Below, piece after piece: positions 27,659 through 37,400 of a stretch of 43,993 nucleotides of DNA. Source of the DNA: Gonapodya sp. JEL0774 (Eukaryota); NCBI GenBank assembly GCA_027604505.1, contig JADIIX010000017.1:186001-229993 (forward strand), in the 5' to 3' direction. Positions within the stretch are counted from its first letter, which is position 1; each line of letters begins with the position of its first letter. Position numbers and translations under genes: made by a program. The notes under the pieces are model-generated. The model ran no database searches. It had not been told where the DNA came from and saw nothing but the letters and a program-made list of their open reading frames with translations.

Positions 27659-30600
27659 CTGAACGAAAGGAGGATATCAACTCGTTTGTGAAGGATCCGC
27701 GGGCAGATTCAAACAGTCACCTTAGCCCACTTGCTCTGATCGAACACTCCTCCATTTACGTAAGATTCCCAGGCCCGCTTCAAGGCTTTCACTCTTGTCG
27801 GTCCACCGTAGGAAGCAACCACCTCCCCGTACAGCTTTTCCAAGAGTTCTTCTTCCAAAATCTTTTGAGTCTTCGCGGCGCTTGCAGAAAATCTTTCTCG
27901 TCTCTCGTTCATTTCCGCGTCTGATGGTACTACTCCATCGTTCGTGAGCCACCCGACCATCTTTCCAGCCAACCATATGGCGTCTGGCAAGAACTTGAGC
28001 CGATTGTCACACAACAGATGCGTGCGCAATGAGAGATATTGCTTGTATTTGTCGAGCGTGTAAAGTCCATTTGCGGTGTCCACAAGGCCGAAATTCTCCA
28101 TGATCCCCGCCGAGTACTCGAGGTGGCCCTCATTACAGAAGACTCTGTCAGAAATAAAGCTTTGGACAGGTGTAACCTTTGATGAGCTGACATGGACGGT
28201 TCCTGGTGGCGCCGAAATCACAGCGTCACCGTCTATGACGAGATGAACACGATGAGTCAACCGGAATTTGTCAGTTTCTGCGACTGTGAATCCAAGTGAT
28301 ACCCACGATGATTGTGAATAAAATAAGACTACACAGCAGGATGGTGTTGGTGAGACTTTTTTGCTCAATAGACGGTTGTTTTGTGGTGGATAAAAGTACC
28401 TTCTTTTCAGTTTTGAGTGCACGTCTCCCTTCCTCGGTGAGTACGGTTTCCACAGCAGCATTTTCCCAGCCATGGGGATTGTGAACAACATTCTTGCCTG
28501 TTGTTGCATCCATATTGGTCAGATTGACTCATAAAGAAAAGATAATTATTCGAATTTAACTCACCTCCGGGATTGAGGCCCCAAGCAATGACTTGGTGTC
28601 CATAGCTGATCCCAATGAAACGGGCCTTGTGAAAGTTATCACCAATGTATTTCTCGAGGATCTGAAAGGGTATGACGATTTAGATCTCATTCACCGTTGT
28701 TTAACGTCGTGGGTGAACAAACGCTTACCGGAACATAAGGTACATGCTGATCATATGCTCCTTCTTTCGCCCCTGTCACAAAGAACACATCGAAATCTGA
28801 CGCGTTCTTTGGCCAGGTCTCAAAGTGCTCAAAAACGAACTCCGAGAACTCAAACTTTGTGTTGGGGAAGTAACGAGCAGCGGCGAGTCGAAACAAGGCG
28901 GGCAAACTAGAAAGGAGAGAGTCTCTACATCAATTGAAGAGACAAGAATACCGTCAGTGGGGACAAACCATACCGCTTACGAATTCCTCCAGCGACGTCA
29001 GGAGAATAGACTTGCCACATGCTGGGCCAATCTAGCCCTTCGGGTAGCAAGATGGCGACTTTAATCGTCTTGACTTCGTCTTTTGTTAGTGCGAGCTGTA
29101 GGAGAGAATATTTGAAGCCCGCGCACGATCCGCTGGTTCTATGCTTGACTCACTGTGGACCACTTCTCAACATCAAAAGCACCACCATCCAGATACACCT
29201 GCCATGCACTCTTCAGCTCTCTGACCCGGTCTTCTCCTCCAAACTTTTGGACTTGAATAGCATATTGCCGTGACAGCAGTTCGTCTTCAAGCTCCTTAAG
29301 AACCAGCTTTGCCGCCTCCTTGTTGATGTTTCTGCGTTCTTCCATCTCCTTGTCAGAAGGAACAACACCGTCGTTTGATATCCAACCAACCATTTTCCCA
29401 GCGAGCCAAATGGCGTCCGGAAGGTACTTAAGACGATTGTCGCAAAGGAGATGCGTCCGGAGTGACAGGAACTCTCGATACTTCTCAATAGTATAAAATC
29501 CCGCTAAGGAGTCCCAGAGACCGAAATTTTCCATGATTCCTCCAGAGTACTCTATATGGCCCTCGTTACAGAAGACCCTGTCAGAGATGATGCACTGAAC
29601 AGGTGTCTGTTTGGAATACGAAACAAGAGTGGTACCTGGAGGCGCCGAGACTACCGCATCACCATCTAACCACACATGAATCAGTACCGCGTTGCTGATT
29701 CGCGCAACAAAAGTAGAGTGGTGAAACTTACGGTGGCAATGAACAAAGTAGCTCTGTAAGCCGGACCAACGAGAATCCACGCATGTTGAGAGCACACTGG
29801 TTGAGTCAACAACGGAATGAGAACTCACGGTTTTTTCAGTCTTAAGCGCACGCTTTCCTTCTTTCGTCAGAGTAGTTTCTACGGCCCCATTCTCCCAACC
29901 AGTAGGATTTTTTACGACATTTTTACCTATGATGTGTAACCGCGCGGTTGTGTTTGCCGTCTACTTTCCAATGAAAAATGAGATCTCAAAATGCTTACCA
30001 CCAGGATTCAAACCCCAAGCAATGATTTGGTGACCGAAACTGACCCCCAAGAATCTGGTCTTGTTCACATTCTCCGCGACGTATCGTTCAACCTCCGGGA
30101 CGTAAGGCACATGGTGATCATACGCTCCATCATCCGCTCCCGTGATGAAAACAAGGTCCACGGTGGATGGGTCCGGGTAGTTGTGGAAGTCCTCAAAAAA
30201 GTAATCGTTGAACAGAAATCGAGTGTTAGGGTAGTAAAGGGCGGCTGCATATCTCAGCAGGCCGGAAAGTCTACCAAGATTCAGCACTGAGCATGTAACG
30301 CATTTCTGTATAGCAAGACCTCGGCGTCTTACCGCTTACTACCGCCCACAGCATCTGGTGAGTAGGCCTGGAACTTGGGGGGCCAATCAACCTCCTGGTT
30401 TTTAGGAATCAACATAGCCACCCGGACTACTTTCTCGGATGAAGTAATGTCCATGGCACGTGGGGTTGTGCCTTCATACTTGAAAAAGAGGCAAAACATC
30501 AACAACTGCGAAAGCTTTACATCTTGGGAGAGTGCTCTGGAACATTGACACTTACCATCACCCAACGATCCTTCTCAAATCTCCCAGTCTCCACGTACGT

Positions 30601-32370
30601 CTTTAGAGCTTCCTTCAGCCTCCATACCCTATCCGGTCCTCCATACAATGTCACAACGCGGTCGTATTCCATCTGCACGAGCTCCTTCTCCAAGCGCCTT
30701 TTGACGCTCCTCGCGAAGTCAACCGACGAAGCCTTCCCGCGCTCCATTTCAGCGTCGCTAGGGACCTTTCCGTCCGCCAAAAGCCATCCAACCATCTTAC
30801 CCACGAGCCATATAGCGTCCGGGAGAAAGTTGAGTCGGCTAGAGCACGGCAGGAAGGTGCGGGTGTTGAGATACTGAAGAAAGGTGGGGATAGAGTAAAA
30901 TCCACCCATGGTGTCCCAGAGACCCCAGTTGTTCATAATGCCAGCGGAGTATTCTGAATAGATTGCGATCATTTGTGAAACCCATGAACCACAGAAAGGA
31001 CCCCTCGCGACTTGCTCACCAGGGTGACCTTCATTCGTAAAGACTCTATCAGAAATGATGGATTGAACCGGCGTCTGACTGGAGTAAGACACCAGAGTTG
31101 TGCCTGGTGGTGCCGACAGGACGGCATCACCGTCTGGTGTTGGGAATGAGATGGAGAATCAACAATTTCAGTCCGGTATTCATAAATTGAAGTCCAAGTA
31201 GTACTTACGGTGATTGTGGATTTGGTAAGACTGCAAAGAAAAGGATCCCAGGCGCCATTCAGCCCTTCTGCTCAATACACAACGACGCCTCCAATTTCAT
31301 AGACTTACGGCCTTCTCAGTCTTGAGAGCCCTCTTTCCTTCGGGTGTGATCGTTGTTTCCACTGCTGCATTTTCCCACCCTTTTGGGTTTAGTACCACGT
31401 TTCCCCCACCTGGGTTGAGACCCCAAGCGATAACCTGATGTCCATATGATATTCCAATGAAACGGGTGAGATGAACGTTGCGCGCAATATAAGACTCAAG
31501 TACGGGGACGTAGGGAACGTGCTGGTCGTAAGCGCCTTCCTCTAAGGGCCAACCGGAAGAGAGGAGTTGTTTCAGTCAAACGAACGGAGGCCTGAAGGAC
31601 ATGTACATCCCGATTCCACTCCATTCCACCTCTTTCGTGCTTCATACCGAAGAACAGCGTTCTGCGGTGTTCACGCAACTCACTTGCGCCAGTGATCAGC
31701 ATAACGTCGTATTTGGAAGCGTCTGTCGGCCACGTATTGAAGTCCTCGAAAATGTACTCATCGAAGGTAAACTCGACATCAGGGCCAAAGTAAGTAGCGG
31801 CAGAGAGGCGGAAGAGTGCGGGGAGTCTTTAAGGAACGGTATCAAAGTTGGGTCAGTAACGATGAAACAGCTGCAAGAGAAGTGCCGCTGCGAGATTTCA
31901 CCGAAACAACTAGTTCTAAGTAAGTACATTCATATTGACCTTCCTTCCGCATCGATGATCGTCAAAACAGCTGACAGTCACGTCGAAAGGTGAGGTGACG
32001 CCATTTCCCAGAAACTGCGTTCCTGGAAATCCTGTAAGACGACACCTCCGCCTTTTTCAGCTGCTACCTACCTTTTCTTGATTCCTCCCGCGACATCAGG
32101 GCTGAAGACTTGGTAGTGGACTGGCCAAATCTCATCCCCAGCAAGGAAGATTGCACATTTTAACGTGCGCTTTCCCTATTAGACGATCCAGTGGACGGAA
32201 AAGCAAAGTGAGCACCATCAATGTATGATGCGATGTTGAAGAGAGCCAATCAGGTTTGGGGGTAATCATCGGTCGATTGTCAGAAATTGGGTTCCTCGAA
32301 CAGAGCGCGACCACCGACACGCCAGCTGCAGCCAGCTTGTGATGGGAGGAAGGGAGCACGAACGCACCAT
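26351..32370 (-). CDS. Single gene encoding four tandem class I glutamine-amidotransferase-like (gamma-glutamyl-peptidase/YLR126C-like) repeats, each with Ser in place of the nucleophile Cys; about 1,400 aa, over 20 exons
   Basis: Four repeats each carry ITGA(K/D)(E/D)GAYD, (I/L)G(I/V)S(Y/F)GHQ, GWEN, HHGDAV and NEGHxEY. They are joined in frame by introns 30555-30479, 29153-29096 and 27720-27659. Probable start is ATG at 32370, followed directly by a GTGCGT...AATAG intron, then GKRTLKCAIF. Stop at 26351. Confidence 0.82.
27721..29095 (-). other. GATase-like repeat 3
   Basis: LALTKDEVKTIKVAILLPEGLDWPSMWQVYSPDVAGGIRKR...VTGAKEGAYDQHVPYVP...FIGISYGHQ...SYFIHNHHGDAV...NEGHLEY...SKWAK. Confidence 0.8.
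29154..30478 (-). other. GATase-like repeat 2
   Basis: YEGTTPRAMDITSSEKVVRVAMLIP...ITGADDGAYDHHVPYVP...FLGVSFGHQ...SYFVHCHHGDAV...NEGHIEY...EKWST. Confidence 0.8.
30556..32370 (-). other. GATase-like repeat 1 (N-terminal) of the four-domain gene
   Basis: MGKRTLKCAIFLAGDEIWPVHYQVFSPDVAGGIKKRLPALF...ITGAKEGAYDQHVPYVP...FIGISYGHQ...SYQIHNHHGDAV...NEGHPEY...DRWVM. Confidence 0.8.
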
Positions 32371-33192
32371 TGCGGAGAGGTTGTACTAGTTGCTATTGGG
32401 GACAATTGGACCACTAGCAAATCTCGCGGCTGCTCGCCGACGGCTGTATGCCGAACGGGATCGATCGCCGTGCAGGGATTTGTTATTCGGCACCTCAAAA
32501 TTTACAACGCGATTCTCGCAATGGGGAAATTTGGAAACAATGATTGCGACCATCGCCTGATGGGAGGGAAGAGACATAAAATGAGTCTGCGAGGCAGTCC
32601 AATTACATCACGTGTATTCTGGAAGAAGAACGCAGAGGCAAGACATGCAGTACCCGTGTGTAAATGCGCTGGGTTTTGCGATGGGCAATGTATCATGTTG
32701 TAGGCGATATATCTAATCTGCATGGCGAAGGCAGCCCCTGGCAGCCCTCACTTGCAATGATGTTTGTCTGTGGGTCCAAAGCCCAACATACGTACCGATA
32801 CTTCCGTCCGCCTTTCTGGTAATTCCAGGAATGAACATGGCAGAACAGGCAGAACAGGCCAAACAGGAGCAGTGGGGGCTTGTCTTAATAGCTCTACGCA
32901 TCCAATTTTTGTAGTTCATGCGGTCGAACCATGAAACTAGCCCGAGCTTTATGCTATATCCTCTTTGTGAGTTTGGTTCATTTGCCATTTCTGAGGTTGG
33001 AAAATGCGCGAGTGATGAGCTGAGTCAATGGACTTCGGCAATTCCGGTTGAGCCTGGCCGTCATCTCATTCGTTCTTTCTTCTTGAACAGCCATCGACGG
33101 AGTCTGCGAACGTCGTATTCTATCAGAAGCCTCCATTCTCCCTGTTGTTGTTCTCTTTACAAAACAAAGCAACTACCGTCCTGTTCTCTGTG

Positions 33193-33798
33193 ATGAGCAA
33201 CATCAGAGAAAACCCATCGTCGCATTTATCGCACCTCTCATCCAAAGGAAAACGCCCACACGGATCTCGTCGATACCCGGATGAGGTCGACCTTTCAGAC
33301 CAACCTTTCGCATCACGCATGTCTTTGAATGACCTCGGTAGCGGCAGTGTCGATGCCGACCTCTTACCACTACCAGCCACATCCGCACCGAGTGGCAGTG
33401 CGATGTCAGCTAAGCGCCGTGAATCATGGTGGGAATGGATGTGGGGAACTTCCGGAGCCAGTTCCCACATTCCAGCTGCTCCTCCCACCCAGTCTGCGGC
33501 TGATGCCTCCGAATCTCCCCCCGAGTCATGGTCTGAATACGCAGAGAGACTAGTGCTTGATGGCATGGAGGTTGCTGCCGAGAACTTGGAACACTACCTC
33601 GGTTACGAGAGCATTCCCCTCGATTCCGTTGGCCACTACGTGGATGAGAATGGGGTCGTTTACATTGAAGAGACAGAGGAACAGGAAGAATTGAGACAAC
33701 AGATGGAGAAGGCGCGAAGGGACGTTCATGACTCTCTTACCAGGGAGATACTCATCGCAGGGGGACTCATCGGCGCGAACATCGGCGGGTATTTTTGA
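33193..33798 (+). CDS. Hypothetical protein (~201 aa; disordered N-half, acidic coiled segment, Gly-rich hydrophobic C-terminus)
   Basis: Uninterrupted ORF from ATG 33193 with protein-like composition (WWEWMWG, EETEEQEELRQQMEKARR, ILIAGGLIGANIGGYF*), followed by AT-rich 3' sequence. No family recognised. Confidence 0.55.
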   Translation: MSNIRENPSSHLSHLSSKGKRPHGSRRYPDEVDLSDQPFASRMSLNDLGSGSVDADLLPLPATSAPSGSAMSAKRRESWWEWMWGTSGASSHIPAAPPTQSAADASESPPESWSEYAERLVLDGMEVAAENLEHYLGYESIPLDSVGHYVDENGVVYIEETEEQEELRQQMEKARRDVHDSLTREILIAGGLIGANIGGYF

Positions 33799-34428
33799 AG
33801 ACAAAAGCATTCAAGAACAGGCGCGGCTTGGGAGATCCAAACAGAAGAACTTTCATATAGTATTTGGATGCTATTTGTGTGAAATTTCCTGCCTTGCTTT
33901 CTCGAAATACTCCATGTTACGGTTCTGCTTTTTGTCAATGTTAGCATATGTAAATACACAGTTTTCATTGGTGGTGAAATCTCACGACTTTCATAAGATA
34001 CCGACGAAGAGTAGCATCTCAGTGTCGTTACGGTCACATTTTGAATTGGTTTGGCAAATTATGCAGTATTTATTGAGCACATCTTTTTCCCAATTCTATA
34101 AATTCAAAAGCAACAAGTACCGATTTCTTAGAAGCATTCACAGACAGTGCTTGTGCCATTACATGTCGATATTGCCAGACGTGATTGTGCCAGTTTGTTC
34201 GAGTAGTCACATACGGTTGCCCAAAAGTCCCTGATCCCAGATACATGTACGCACGAGGTCCCAGCGATTTCAAGATCTATCCTTTGATACACAATTACAA
34301 AACCATGTCACGTCCATCAGACTGGCGGAAAGTAAGACATGTCAGCGCTAGGTTAAGGAATAGAGCAATGTGAGGGAGTAAGCAACCGACTACAGAACAC
34401 AACCAATCTAAGAACGCTTGAGGTCAGC

Positions 34429-37400
34429 TCACCTTTTTGTCCCTCTCGACCTCGGTGACCTGTACCCATCTTCAGCTCTCCTCCCACTCGCGTGAGGTCC
34501 CTCGCTTGCGTCTACTCTCGGCGATCTTGCAGGGAAACTCAGCTCCCTGGCCGCTCCCGCATCTACCAAGCTCGGCTCCACCCTGTAATCAACACCGGCC
34601 ACCCTCCACATCGCCGCACCACCTCTCAAATCTACCCCTTCAGCGTTTCCGCTGGTGCAGAGCGTCATTTCACCCATTTCTCCGACTTCGCCCTCCCTAC
34701 CCGGTGGTGCATTGTCGAGCCGAAATTCGTAGCGCGAGGTGGATGTCCGCGAGTGGTTCGGACCGTCCGTCAAGCTATCCGATCTAACAACTTGTGCCGA
34801 CAGCGATCCACCCGTGGGCGGGTACTGGTGTCGCAATGTGGTGGTGACTGTGATGGTTGGCATGGGGGCGAACGCAGAACCGTTCATGCCGGTATTGGGT
34901 GAGGCACCGATTGCGGCAGCGGCAGCGGCAGAAGATGAGGCAAAGTCTGCGGCAGAGGGGAACCCTCCTGCGACGAGTCGGCGGTGATAATCGTGCATGG
35001 TCGAGGGAGGAACTTGCGATCCTGCTGGCCCAGCCACTGGTAAGCCCGAGGGTAAGCTGTTCCCTTCAACTACCGGAACTCCCATAACAATGTGCTCCCT
35101 GTATGGTGGGGGCAAGGGATCCGCGATACCTGCAAGCTTCGGCGCCAGCGGGTGAGGAGGTAACGAAGCTGTGTGGAATGGCGCCATCACCGATACAGCC
35201 GGCATTGGCACCCCTGGAGCACGTGATGCTGCTCCAGGGTATCCTATCGAATGATGTTCGGGTTGGTAATGTTGTTGGTGTTGTGCCTGGACCGGAAAGC
35301 CTTGCGGAACATAATGCAGCATCGATTGCGCACCCTGCATCTGCCCAGCCCCACCAATAGCGACCGCATCGACGGGCACTGGTGGTGGCACGAACGTCAC
35401 CGAAGGCAATGTACCACTGCCCATTGGAGATGCTGGCGTGGCGACACAAGATGTATCAGACACCACAGAGGTTGCACGGGGCATAGCTGACACAACCGGT
35501 ATTGGTACAGGCGGCATGGCGAGTGTGTTTGCTTCAAAAGGCGAGACTACGTGTGGAGAGACAGGGAGACTTGCAAGTGCCAGCGCGGCGCCCCGGGTGT
35601 CGTCATCAAGGTCCATGGAAAGATCCACAAGGGAAGACGAGCTACCGTCTGTAAGACAAATCGAAGAAAGAAGTAAGTGTGCGCACGCACAGTGGGGGCG
35701 AGATTTCGTCGGAATACGGAGACCAACTCACCAGCACCTCGGTCAAGCACCATCGACCTCCCTCTCTCCCTCCTACCCCCATTGAGCCTCCCTTCTTCTT
35801 CCCCACTGCCTCCACTGCTCCCACTGCCGCCACCACTGCCACTGCCACTGCCACTTGCATTCGCACCGTGCCCACTGTGCGCATGCCCGTGGCCATGAAC
35901 GTGCTCACGCTTCCTGGAACTGCTACCAGAACTGGTGCTGCTCCCTGCTTCGACGCTCTGGTAGTACACCACGTCGGCCGTGGACATTAGGCCTGCATCC
36001 TTGAGACGGCGGAGGTGGCCACGATAGTGTTGGGTCATCTATAATTGGTGTGAGGGTGGGAGCGTGATACAAAAATGGGCATGGCGGGGGAGAAGTCAGT
36101 GCGAGTTTTGGAAAGTCGCAAATGCCCATAGCAGGCCACGATAAAACAAACAAACACACAAAACAAAAAAAGACCAACCCACATTATCGTGCCTGCTAAA
36201 CCTCTGCTCGCAGTCCCTGATCGGACATGCGAACGCCTTCACACCCCCGTGGACCCGTCGATGTCGTGCCAGATGCCCGCTCGTGGAGAAGGTCTTGCCA
36301 CACCCGGGGTGAACACACTCGTAGTGCCTACGGCGTTTGAACACTGTGGAAGAGACAGGGAGGACAAGCGAGAGAGTCGTGGAGGTCGCAGTGGACGGGA
36401 CCGAGGGTGCCGTGGGAGCGGAAGGGTGACGAGCGTGTGTGGCGGCAGTGGCGGCGGCTGTGGTGGCGGTGGCGGTGCCGGTGCGCGGGTGAGGATGTCG
36501 GGAGTGTGCGTGGTGGTGACTGCGCCCGTGACCGTTTCCGATCGCATCCATCGCGACACCACCACCACCCACCACTGCCGGTCCCCCGCCTGCCCCGTTC
36601 CCATGCGGTACGTACGGCGGAATCGCCACCGTGGCCCAACTGTGCCCTGCCGCACTTGCTACCACGGCCGCCGACGCCGTGTCGACGCCTCCTGGGCCCA
36701 CCCGTCTCACTTTCCTCCTGTGGCCCGTGGCACCACCACCGGCGACACCGACACCGACGCCGATTCCGCTTCCGCTTCCGCCGCCCACAGCAACGCCAGT
36801 GCCAAAGATGCTCCCCCTGTGGCTCCGCTCCCCCGTCAACCCCCCAACCACCAGGTCCACCTCGCCGTCCCCATCCGCATCCCTCTCCCTCACACTTCTC
36901 CCGGGATAGGTGTGGCCGGCGCTCTCGTGTCCCATGGCCCCGGCAGAAGCACCTCCAGCAGCACCCCCGTACACGCCGATCTGCACAATCTGCGGCGTCT
37001 GGGGCCCTTCGCTGGACGCGCGGGGCGGAGGTGGTGCGAGGACGCCCCATGGAGCGGACGAGGCGAGGTCGGACGGGTAAGAGGGTTGCAAGGTGGTGTG
37101 GGCGGCGTGCTGCTGATACTGATGATGGAGCTGCTGGGGCACGCCGGCGGGTCCTAGAACCCCCGCCGAAGCAGACACTGGATCGGCCATGTGGACATGG
37201 CCCATATGATGCGGGTGTGTGTCGGTAGGTGTGGGTCTGGGTCTGGGTGTTGACGCCAACGCGGTACCAGGATGGTCCACCGTGCCGGCCACAGTGCCCA
37301 GAGGCAGGGGGACGGGGAGGGGGAGGACACCGTACCCCGCGAGCGCCGTGTGACCCGTCCCAGGGGCCGCGACTCGGTCCACCTGTACTCCACCTCCACC

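Noticed and set aside
26351..32370. Interpretation as pseudogenes or an assembly duplication
   Set aside because: All frame breaks examined are explained by consensus introns, the repeats are strongly diverged at the DNA level, and motifs are conserved in all copies.
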